NCBI GenBank assembly: GCA_019744975.1
Contig: JAIETP010000008.1
Coordinates: 73,144-137,143 of the forward strand
Direction: 5' to 3'
Length of the DNA: 64,000 nucleotides
Origin: Burkholderiales bacterium
GTDB taxonomy: Bacteria; Pseudomonadota; Gammaproteobacteria; Burkholderiales; SG8-41
Part shown: positions 18,995 through 26,162 of the stretch, piece after piece
How positions within the stretch are numbered: position 1 is the first letter of the stretch
Layout of the letters: each line of letters begins with the position of its first letter
The notes under the pieces: generated by a model
Database searches by the model: none
What the model was told of the DNA's origin: nothing
The model's input: only the letters and a program-made list of their open reading frames with translations
Position numbers and translations under genes: made by a program

Positions 18995-19957
18995 ATGGGG
19001 AAAGCAAAACTGTTTGCGGGAATGCTGGGCGTGGTGCTGGGCTGCAGCGGATGGGTGCAGGCGCAGGAAAAATATCCGGTCAAACCGATCCGCATGATCG
19101 TCGGGTACGCCCCCGGCGGCGGCAGCGACATCATGGCGCGGCTGATCGCGCCGCAGATCACCGAGGCGCTGGGCCAGCAGGTCATCGTCGAGAACCGCGC
19201 CGGGCAGGCGCAGAACATCGCCGCCGAATTCCTCACCAAACAACCGGCCGACGGTTACAACCTGTTCCTGAGCTCTGCTGCGCTGGGCGTCAACGTCAGT
19301 CTCTATCCCAAGCTCAATTACGATCCGGTGAAGGACTTTGTGCCGATCGCCGTGTTCGCGAGCAGCGCCAACCTGCTGGTGACGCATCCCTCGCTGCCGG
19401 TGAAAACCGTCAAGGAGTTCATTGCCGTCATCAAAAAGAATCCGGGCAAGATGAATTTTTCGTCCTCGGGCAGCGGCAGCACCCAGCATCTGTCGGGTGA
19501 AATGCTCAAGCTGATGATCAAGGGCGACTTCACCCACATCCCCTACAAGGGCACCGGCCCCTCGCTGGTCGCGCTGGCCAGCGGCGAAGTCGAGTTCTCT
19601 TTCACCAACATCCCCGCCGCGCAGCCGTTGCTCAGCCGCATGCGTGTGCTCGGCATCACCGGCGAAAAACGCTCTGCGCTGATGCCCGAGGTGCCGACCA
19701 TGATCGAAGGCGGCCTGCCGGGTTTTGTCACACAGACCTGGTACGGCGTGTTGTCGCAGCGCGGCACGCCGCAAGCGGTGGTGACCACGCTGAACAATGT
19801 CATCGTCAAGGCGGTGCAGCGCGAGGATTTTCGTAACAAGCTGGCGCAGATGGGCGCAGACCCGATCGCCGAATCTCCGGAATATTTCCGCAAGATGCTG
19901 GGCGAGGAGATTGAGCGCTGGAGCAAGGTGGTCAAGGCTTCGGGGATCAAGCCTTGA
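18995..19957 (+). CDS. Bug/TctC-family periplasmic substrate-binding protein
   Basis: In-frame ATG at 18995 after GGAGG (MGKAKLFAGMLGVVLGCSGWVQAQEKYPVKPIRMIVGYAPGGGSDIMAR). The upstream part of track ORF 18731..19957 overlaps the DUF1993 gene, so I rejected it. Confidence 0.9.
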   Translation: MGKAKLFAGMLGVVLGCSGWVQAQEKYPVKPIRMIVGYAPGGGSDIMARLIAPQITEALGQQVIVENRAGQAQNIAAEFLTKQPADGYNLFLSSAALGVNVSLYPKLNYDPVKDFVPIAVFASSANLLVTHPSLPVKTVKEFIAVIKKNPGKMNFSSSGSGSTQHLSGEMLKLMIKGDFTHIPYKGTGPSLVALASGEVEFSFTNIPAAQPLLSRMRVLGITGEKRSALMPEVPTMIEGGLPGFVTQTWYGVLSQRGTPQAVVTTLNNVIVKAVQREDFRNKLAQMGADPIAESPEYFRKMLGEEIERWSKVVKASGIKP

Positions 19958-19975
19958 TTGTTCGGACGATCAGTG

Positions 19976-20003
19976 CTTGGTTCGAGCCCGGGTTGGGGAG
20001 CCA
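19976..20003 (+). other. tRNA 3'-end-like fragment (T-arm + acceptor 3' strand + CCA); possible att-site remnant
   Basis: cttgg-TTCGAGC-ccggg-ttgggga-g-CCA has canonical T-arm geometry. No matching 5' acceptor strand (tccccaa) lies within 80 nt upstream, so it is not a complete tRNA. Confidence 0.4.
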
Positions 20004-20017
20004 GTTAGGTACGAATC

Positions 20018-20046
20018 TGGGCACTCCATTAGGTGTGCCCATTTTT
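20018..20046 (+). terminator. rho-independent terminator
   Basis: Stem tgggcac (20018-20024) paired with gtgccca (20035-20041), followed by TTTTT. Confidence 0.6.
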
Positions 20047-20281
20047 GTTTCTACAGTTTTCGCCAGAGTCGCATAGCTACCTCGCAGCGTTACCTATTTC
20101 TTTTCCACGCGGATTTCATCGACCAAGAGCTGCAGATACCCCTTCGCAAAGTTGCGATTGCCGAAAAGCTTTGTCTTTAAGGAGTGGGTAGCGACACAGC
20201 GATGCTGACTTTATGTATATTCCAGTCAGTCTGAGCAGTTTTAAGGCTAAATTTCATAATGCAAAAAAAAGGGGGGGAATT

Positions 20282-20608
20282 ATGAAGGCTCTGGCAATCG
20301 CACTAACAGCAGCGATATTTCTTTCGGGCTGCGCGGTGAATAAAGATTGGTCGGCAACCGGCGGCAGTCGATCTGACGGTGTTGTACGACTTTCCTATGA
20401 ACTTAGAGAGTTCGAACAACCTCAGCTTAGCGAGCAGCAAGCCATCAGTCTGGCGACTCAGCGCTGTAAAACTTGGGGCTATACCGGCGCGGAAGCTTTT
20501 GGTGGCGTCACGCGCCAGTGCAACCAAGGGGGTGGCTTTGGCGGGTGTTCGCAGTGGATGGTGACTAAAGAATACCAATGCACTGGGACGGGGACTCCTG
20601 CAAAGTAA
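20282..20608 (+). CDS. small lipoprotein, YecR-like
   Basis: ATG 20282 gives MKALAIALTAAIFLSGC (lipobox). The C-terminal part ...ATQRCKTWGYTGAEAFGG...C...YQC resembles YecR-family lipoproteins from memory. The gene lies in a low-GC patch. Confidence 0.6.
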   Translation: MKALAIALTAAIFLSGCAVNKDWSATGGSRSDGVVRLSYELREFEQPQLSEQQAISLATQRCKTWGYTGAEAFGGVTRQCNQGGGFGGCSQWMVTKEYQCTGTGTPAK

Positions 20609-20634
20609 GCAGTAGTGGCTTACGCGGCTGTTAA

Positions 20635-20722
20635 GCAACTGATCCCCGACCAGGTTGATCGCGACAATGGTCACCGGCAGCGCAATCCCGTGTGCGACTT
20701 GCGCGGTCGTGACGACGATCAG
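20635..20722 (-). pseudogene. degraded copy of the 3' end of a dppC/oppC-type permease gene
   Basis: 20635-20688 matches 21302-21355 at 51/54. 20689-20722 matches 21488-21521 at 30/34. This implies a ~132-bp internal deletion relative to the intact gene. Minus-strand translation gives LIVVTTAQVAHGIALP-VTIVAINLVGDQL, then diverges. Confidence 0.75.
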
Positions 20723-20800
20723 TGCTGGTCTGCCGCACAGTACGACGTTAGGCCTGCAGAAAATGACTGCGTTATACTTGGCGCTGCCAAAGGAGAAGCC

Positions 20801-21004
20801 ATGGAACTCTCTGCTGTCCTGACACCCGCTGCCGAAGGTGGCTTTGTCGCGCTGAATCCGGAAACCGGGACTACGACCCAGGGCGAAACTGTTGAAGAAG
20901 CGCTCGCCAACTTGCGTGAAGCCACCGAGCTTTACCTTGAGGAATTCCCGTTGGCCGTAACGGGCCGCGCACTGCTGACCACTTTCCATGTAGCGCATGC
21001 CTAG
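20801..21004 (+). CDS. hicB: type II toxin-antitoxin system HicB-family antitoxin (short form)
   Basis: ATG 20801 after AGGAGA. The 67-aa product MELSAVLTPAAEGGFVALNPETGTTTQGETVEEALANLREATELYLEE overlaps hicA by 8 nt. Confidence 0.8.
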   Translation: MELSAVLTPAAEGGFVALNPETGTTTQGETVEEALANLREATELYLEEFPLAVTGRALLTTFHVAHA

Positions 21005-21218
21005 GTTGCCGGTTGTATCCGGCGCTGATGCGGTGCGCGCACTGGAGCGTCTCGGTTTTGTGGTGATTCGTCAGCGCGGCAGCCACATTATTCTCCGTCG
21101 CGCCTCTCAAGGCTGTGTTGTTCCCAATCATCGCGAACTGAAGACTGGCACACTCTCGGGTGTGCTCAAGCAGGCGGGCGTATCCGTTGAGGAGTTTATT
21201 GGCGCGCTGAAAGCCTGA
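20997..21218 (+). CDS. hicA: type II toxin-antitoxin system HicA-family mRNA interferase toxin
   Basis: 73 aa. VSGADAVRALERLGFVVIRQRGSHIILRR...VVPNHRELKTGTLSGVLKQAGV is a typical HicA/YcfA fold signature. Confidence 0.88.
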   Translation: MPRLPVVSGADAVRALERLGFVVIRQRGSHIILRRASQGCVVPNHRELKTGTLSGVLKQAGVSVEEFIGALKA

Positions 21219-21272
21219 CGTGGGGATTACGCCTTCTGTTTGATTGTTTGTAATCTGCTCGGCTGGGTTGCC

Positions 21273-22151
21273 TTATTTCAACCGCGGATTCAACACATCC
21301 CGCAACTGATCCCCGACCAGGTTGATCGCGACAATCGTCACCAGCAGCGCAATGCCGGGGAAAAAGCTGATCCAGTATTTCCCGGACAACAGGTGCGTGT
21401 AGCCGTTGGCGATCAGCAGGCCCAGAGAGGGTGAGGTGATGGGCATGCCGAGGCCGAGGAAGGACAGCGTAGCTTCGAGTGCGATCGCGTGCGCGACCTG
21501 CACGGTCGCGACGACGATCAGCGGCGGCAGCACATTGGGCAGCACGTGGCGGAACAGGATGCGCGCGCCGCTGTAGCCGGCGCAGACTGCGGCATCGACG
21601 TATTCGCGGCGCAGTTCAACCAGTGCCGCGCCGCGCACGGTGCGCGCGTAATAGGCCCATTGCACGACGATCAGCGCGATGATGATCTTGTCCACGCCCT
21701 GGCCGGTCAGCGCGAGCAGGATCAGTGCGACGAGTATGGCCGGGAAGGACAGTTGCAGGTCGACGATGCGCATGATCAGCGCATCGATCCAGCCCCCCGC
21801 GCGGGCGGAGACCAGGCCGATGACCAGTCCCAGTCCGAGTGCGGCCACCGTGGACAACACGCCGACGCCGAGGCTGATGCGCAGGCCGTAGAGGATCGCG
21901 GAGGTCATGTCACGACCCTGGTCGTCGGTGCCCAGCCAATGGGTGTAACCCGTCGCAGCTTTTGCCCCAGGCGCCAGTTTGGCGTCGAGGATGTCGAGTT
22001 GCGCGAGGTCGTAGGGATTCTGCGGCGTGAGCCAGGGTGCGGCGACGGCGGCCAGCAGCAGCAGGCACAAGATCCAGAATGCGCCCAGCGCGATGCGGTC
22101 ACGTGCAAAGCCGGTGGCGAATTCGCGGCCGGGCGACAGCGTGGCGTTCAT
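21273..22151 (-). CDS. ABC transporter permease (DppC/OppC-like)
   Basis: 292 aa. It has the binding-protein-dependent transport inner-membrane motif and the C-terminus AINLVGDQLRDVLNPR. Confidence 0.92.
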   Translation of the reverse strand: MNATLSPGREFATGFARDRIALGAFWILCLLLLAAVAAPWLTPQNPYDLAQLDILDAKLAPGAKAATGYTHWLGTDDQGRDMTSAILYGLRISLGVGVLSTVAALGLGLVIGLVSARAGGWIDALIMRIVDLQLSFPAILVALILLALTGQGVDKIIIALIVVQWAYYARTVRGAALVELRREYVDAAVCAGYSGARILFRHVLPNVLPPLIVVATVQVAHAIALEATLSFLGLGMPITSPSLGLLIANGYTHLLSGKYWISFFPGIALLVTIVAINLVGDQLRDVLNPRLK

Positions 22152-23122
22152 CGTGCGCCTTTCAGCCGCACCCGCGGATCCAGCGCGGTATAGAGCAGAT
22201 CGACCAGCAGGTTGATGAAAATGAATAAAAATACGATGACCAGCAGGTAGGCGACGATCACCGGGCGGTCGAGCACGTTGATGGAGTCGATCAGCAGCTT
22301 GCCCATGCCCGGCCAGGCGAACACGGTTTCGGTGACCACGGCAAAGGCGATCAGCGATCCGAGTTCCAGGCCGACCACGGTGACGATGGGGATCAGGATG
22401 TTGCGCAGCACGTGTACGCGAACGACATTGCTCTCGGGTACACCCTTGGCGCGGGCGTAACGCACGTAGTCCTGCAGCATGGCTTCACGCGTGCCGGCGC
22501 GGGTGAGGCGGATCAGCAGTGACAGTTTGAACAGCGCGAGATTGGTCGCCGGCAGGATCAGGTGGCGGATGCCGTCCCAGGTCAGGAAGCTGACGGGGAT
22601 GCCGAAGACATCGACGGTGGCGCCGCGGCCGGTGGTCGGCAGCCAGCCGAGTTGCACCGAAAACACCATGATCAGCATCAGTCCGACCCAGAAGGTCGGC
22701 AGCGAAAAGCCGAGGATGGAGCCGGCCATGATGCCGCGGCCGATCCAGGAGTCGGGTTTCAGCCCGGCGAGCAGGCCCAGAGGAATGCCCAGCACGATGG
22801 CGATCAGCATCGCCATGAAGGCCAGCTCCAGCGTTGCCGGCATACGCTCGAAAATCAATTCAATGGCGGGAATGCTGGCGGCGAAGGATTTGCCGAGATC
22901 ACCGCTGAAGGCGCCCTTGAGGAATATCCAGTACTGCTCCCACAGCGGCCGGTCGAGGCCGAGCCGCGCGATGGTCTGCGCGATTTCCGCCTGGTCGGCC
23001 TGCGGGTTGATCAGAATGTCCACCGGATTGCCGATGGCGTAGACGCCGGTGAACACCAGCAGCGACATCACGAACAGCGTGGCCACGCTCTGGGCGAGGC
23101 GGCGCAGCGTGAAGTTCAGCAT
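22148..23122 (-). CDS. ABC transporter permease (DppB/OppB-like)
   Basis: 324 aa. N-terminus MLNFTLRRLAQSVATLFVMSLLVF and C-terminus NLLVDLLYTALDPRVR. 4-nt overlap with the downstream permease gene. Confidence 0.92.
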   Translation of the reverse strand: MLNFTLRRLAQSVATLFVMSLLVFTGVYAIGNPVDILINPQADQAEIAQTIARLGLDRPLWEQYWIFLKGAFSGDLGKSFAASIPAIELIFERMPATLELAFMAMLIAIVLGIPLGLLAGLKPDSWIGRGIMAGSILGFSLPTFWVGLMLIMVFSVQLGWLPTTGRGATVDVFGIPVSFLTWDGIRHLILPATNLALFKLSLLIRLTRAGTREAMLQDYVRYARAKGVPESNVVRVHVLRNILIPIVTVVGLELGSLIAFAVVTETVFAWPGMGKLLIDSINVLDRPVIVAYLLVIVFLFIFINLLVDLLYTALDPRVRLKGAR

Positions 23123-23149
23123 GACGGTCGCGCGCCGCGGGACAGCGGC

Positions 23150-24112
23150 TCAGGCCGGAGCTGAAACAAAACGGCCCAGGCGCACCGCGGTCTGCCCGCG
23201 ATAGAGCCACTTTGACGGCATCACCAGCACGCAGCGGTCGTATGGCGTGCGTACTTCGCGCTCGCCGTCCCAGCCGATGAGGGTTCCCGCCTGCTCGATC
23301 AGCTCCAGACCCGTGAACGGGCGCGCGAAACGGAATATTTCCGATTCGATGGTGACGGGATGGGTGACTTCGACCAGCTTTTGCGGCTGCGGATTTTCAG
23401 CGAAGCGGAATGGTCCCCGTTCGGCATCGATGACGCCATAACGGGCGAGAAAGCGCAGCGTGGTCTCGCGTGCGACCGTGACCGAGTGTTGCGCCCAGTG
23501 TTGTCCGCATTCGACCAGCAGCGCGTTGCTGGTGCTGGCGGCGTCGCCAAAGGCGGCGTAGTCGCGCATGCGCCGGCCGGCGGCATGTCCGGAATCGCAG
23601 ACGGCGAGCGCGGGATAGCCGATTTCGCTGGCGAGCCGGCGGCCCTTGGCCAGCGGACCGGCCAGCAGCAGCGGCTCGGAGGGATGCTGCATGGAATGGA
23701 TGTCGAGCAGGAAGTCGACGCCGTGGAGGAAGGGGCGGATGGTCCGGGCGCGGCGCAGTTCGACACTGTCGCGGCTGCCGTCGAGCACCTCGGGTGTCCA
23801 CAGCCGGTTGAAATCCTCGTCGACCCAGCGCGAGGCTTCGGGCCGGGCCGGGTCGAAGCGCTCGAACGCGGCGACGTTGCAGAACGCGAGCGTCAGCCGG
23901 CCGTGCAGCGGGCGAATGCCGGCGCGGAACAGTTCGTCGAGGACGATCGCGCCGCAGATTTCATTGCCGTGCACCAGCGCAGTGATCATCACATGTGGTC
24001 CGGGAGCCCCGCTGTCGAGCGTGGTGAAGTAGTCGATGCCGGTGTTTCCGGCACGATAACCCGTAATGTCCGGGGGCGATGTTTCCACGGTATAGGCGTT
24101 GGGATCGGTCAT
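23150..24112 (-). CDS. succinylglutamate desuccinylase/aspartoacylase (AstE/AspA, M14-like) family deacylase
   Basis: 320 aa. Zn-ligand motif ALVHGNEICG. It is embedded in the peptide-type ABC operon, with a 4-nt overlap with the upstream SBP gene. Confidence 0.82.
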   Translation of the reverse strand: MTDPNAYTVETSPPDITGYRAGNTGIDYFTTLDSGAPGPHVMITALVHGNEICGAIVLDELFRAGIRPLHGRLTLAFCNVAAFERFDPARPEASRWVDEDFNRLWTPEVLDGSRDSVELRRARTIRPFLHGVDFLLDIHSMQHPSEPLLLAGPLAKGRRLASEIGYPALAVCDSGHAAGRRMRDYAAFGDAASTSNALLVECGQHWAQHSVTVARETTLRFLARYGVIDAERGPFRFAENPQPQKLVEVTHPVTIESEIFRFARPFTGLELIEQAGTLIGWDGEREVRTPYDRCVLVMPSKWLYRGQTAVRLGRFVSAPA

Positions 24113-25797
24113 GGCGTGCGTGGGGTGAAGTGGTGGGCAAAGGTGAACTCGTCCGTGCGCGGCGTGTAGCTGAGACTCGCGCGCATCGCCCAGCTGACGA
24201 CCTGGTGGTGCAGGGGGATAAACGCGAGATCGTTCATTGCCAGAGTGTTCGCTTCACGTGCCAACGTTTCTCGCTTGTTGCGATCAATGCTGGCCAGGGC
24301 CTGTTCCATCAGCGCATCGACTTTGGGATTGGCATAACGCCCCCAGTTCCACGCGCCGTAACCTTTTTCGGGATTCGGTGCGGCGACCAGTGAACGCAGC
24401 GCGAGATCGGCGGCGAAGGAACCCCAGCCGAGCAGCGCGAATGCGGTTTCCTCCTTGCGCACCCGCCCGAGAAAGGCCGACATCGGCATGGCTTCGACGC
24501 GGGTGGTGATGCCGGCGCGGGTCAGCAGTTGCGCCACGGTCTGCAAGATCTGCTCATCGTTGATGTAACGGTTGTTGGGGCCGGCGAGGGTGACGTGGAA
24601 ACCGTTGGGGTAACCGGCTGCAGCGAGCAGTTTTTTTGCGCCTTCGACATCGTAGGTTTCGGCTTTCAGCGCGGCGTTATGGCCGAACACACCCGGCGAC
24701 ACGATATTGTTGGCGGGGACTGCGAGGCCTTCCATCACGCGCTCGGCGATGGCGTTGCGATTGATCGCCTTGGAAATCGCCTGGCGTACGCGCAGGTCCA
24801 TGAACGGATTTTTGGCGAGCGGTTTGCCATTGGCGTCGGTGACCCCCGGCGGCTGCGCGCGGTACTGGTCGAGGTGGAGCAGGATGGTGCGCCAGGAGGT
24901 GGTTTGGGTTACTCGTAAATTATTGTTTTTATTGACATTTTTAATATCCGCCGAGGGCACGTGTTCGATCGCGTCGAGTTCGCCCGAGAGCAGCGAGGCG
25001 GTGCGCGAGGGGTCCGCCGGTATCACCCGCAACGTCACCCTGTTCCAGGCCGGGGCCTTGCCCCACCAGTTGTCATGGCGCGCGAGTTCGAGCCGGTCGC
25101 CGCGCTGGTAACGCACAAATTTGTACGGCCCGGTGCCGATCATCGCGCGCCCCGCATCGAAATCTTCGGGCCCTGCGTTGAGCGCATGTTTTCTGGAAAC
25201 GATCAGGATTGAATTGATGTCCTCCGGCAGCGCGCCGTACGGATATTTGGTTTTGATGCGCAGCGTGTGCGCATCCACCGCGGTGGCCGATTCGATGGCG
25301 CGTACATAGGAGGCAAACCCTCCCGGGCTGCCCTTGATCGACAGCGGGCGCTGCATTGAAAACGCGGCGTCCTCGGCGGTGAAGTCCGAGCCGTCATGGA
25401 ATTTGACGCCGCGGCGCAGATTGAATTCCCAGGTGGTGACGTCAATCGCGCGCCAGCGTTCGGCGAGGCCGGGGATCAGTTTTGTCTGCGGATCGACGTC
25501 GGTCAGCGATTCAAAGACATGGCGGCCCACGGTCAGGTTGGGCTGCGAGGCGAGCAGGTGCGGGTCGAGCGACGTGACTTCGCCGGAGAGGCCGATGCGC
25601 AGTTCGGCGGCTGCGATGTTTATTGGTGTAAGGAGGAATACGCCGAACGCAGCGTAGAGTAAGGGGAGTGTTTTGAACCACCCCCACCCTAACCCTCCCC
25701 CTGAAGGGGAGGGAATGCCATGGAACTCCTTCCCCTTCAGGGGGAAGGCGGGGATGGGGGTGGTTTCAACAATCATTTCCCGGAAACAGCTGTGCAT
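24109..25797 (-). CDS. ABC transporter substrate-binding protein, family 5 (DppA/OppA-like); start codon uncertain
   Basis: The mature part is homologous to the paralog at 26163..27728. The signal-peptide h-region FKTLPLLYAAFGVFLLTPINIAAA has no in-frame ATG/GTG/TTG just upstream. The only in-frame starts (25797, 25776) require translating a REP-like palindrome. Confidence 0.8.
   Translation of the reverse strand: MHSCFREMIVETTPIPAFPLKGKEFHGIPSPSGGGLGWGWFKTLPLLYAAFGVFLLTPINIAAAELRIGLSGEVTSLDPHLLASQPNLTVGRHVFESLTDVDPQTKLIPGLAERWRAIDVTTWEFNLRRGVKFHDGSDFTAEDAAFSMQRPLSIKGSPGGFASYVRAIESATAVDAHTLRIKTKYPYGALPEDINSILIVSRKHALNAGPEDFDAGRAMIGTGPYKFVRYQRGDRLELARHDNWWGKAPAWNRVTLRVIPADPSRTASLLSGELDAIEHVPSADIKNVNKNNNLRVTQTTSWRTILLHLDQYRAQPPGVTDANGKPLAKNPFMDLRVRQAISKAINRNAIAERVMEGLAVPANNIVSPGVFGHNAALKAETYDVEGAKKLLAAAGYPNGFHVTLAGPNNRYINDEQILQTVAQLLTRAGITTRVEAMPMSAFLGRVRKEETAFALLGWGSFAADLALRSLVAAPNPEKGYGAWNWGRYANPKVDALMEQALASIDRNKRETLAREANTLAMNDLAFIPLHHQVVSWAMRASLSYTPRTDEFTFAHHFTPRTP
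25678..25763. repeat. REP-like compound palindrome
   Basis: ccacccccaccctaaccctccccctgaaggggaggg...ccttccccttcagggggaagg...ggggatgggggtgg contains two internal hairpins plus inverted termini. Confidence 0.7.
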
Positions 25798-26123
25798 ATT
25801 TGCTCCATGACCCCTTCAATATTGCCCAGCACTTCGTTGTTCCAGAATCGCAGTACACGAAAACCATTCTGTGCCAGAAATGCGTCGCGCTGGGCGTCTT
25901 TCGATTTCATCCCCGCATGTTGGCCACCATCGACTTCAATTGCAAGTTTCGCTGACAGACAGGCGAAGTCGATCACGTAAGGCCCGACGGGATGCTGGCG
26001 GCGAAACTTGATGCCCGCCATCTGTTTTTGCCGCAGATGTCGCCACAGCAGTTGTTCGGCATCCGTGAGTGTGCTGCGCAGTTTGCGGGAACGGGTGACT
26101 TGTTGCGTCGTCAGCTTTGGCAC
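25773..26123 (-). CDS. DUF559 endonuclease-domain protein (Vsr-like fold)
   Basis: 116 aa. LTDAEQLLWRHLR...KFRRQHPVGPYVIDFAC...LAIEVDGGQH...D..R...L...G..VLRFWNNEV is the DUF559 signature. GC is lower than the flanks. Confidence 0.85.
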   Translation of the reverse strand: MPKLTTQQVTRSRKLRSTLTDAEQLLWRHLRQKQMAGIKFRRQHPVGPYVIDFACLSAKLAIEVDGGQHAGMKSKDAQRDAFLAQNGFRVLRFWNNEVLGNIEGVMEQICTAVSGK

Positions 26124-26162
26124 AACGCGGATGCAGTCAGCACGCCACTCATTGCAGCCGCA

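Noticed and set aside
20095-20181. Recombinase pseudogene as a called feature.
   Set aside because: Only about 28 codons with a weak, memory-based resemblance (LLVDEIRVEKK*), and no start codon. It is kept as a comment within a finding and is not annotated.
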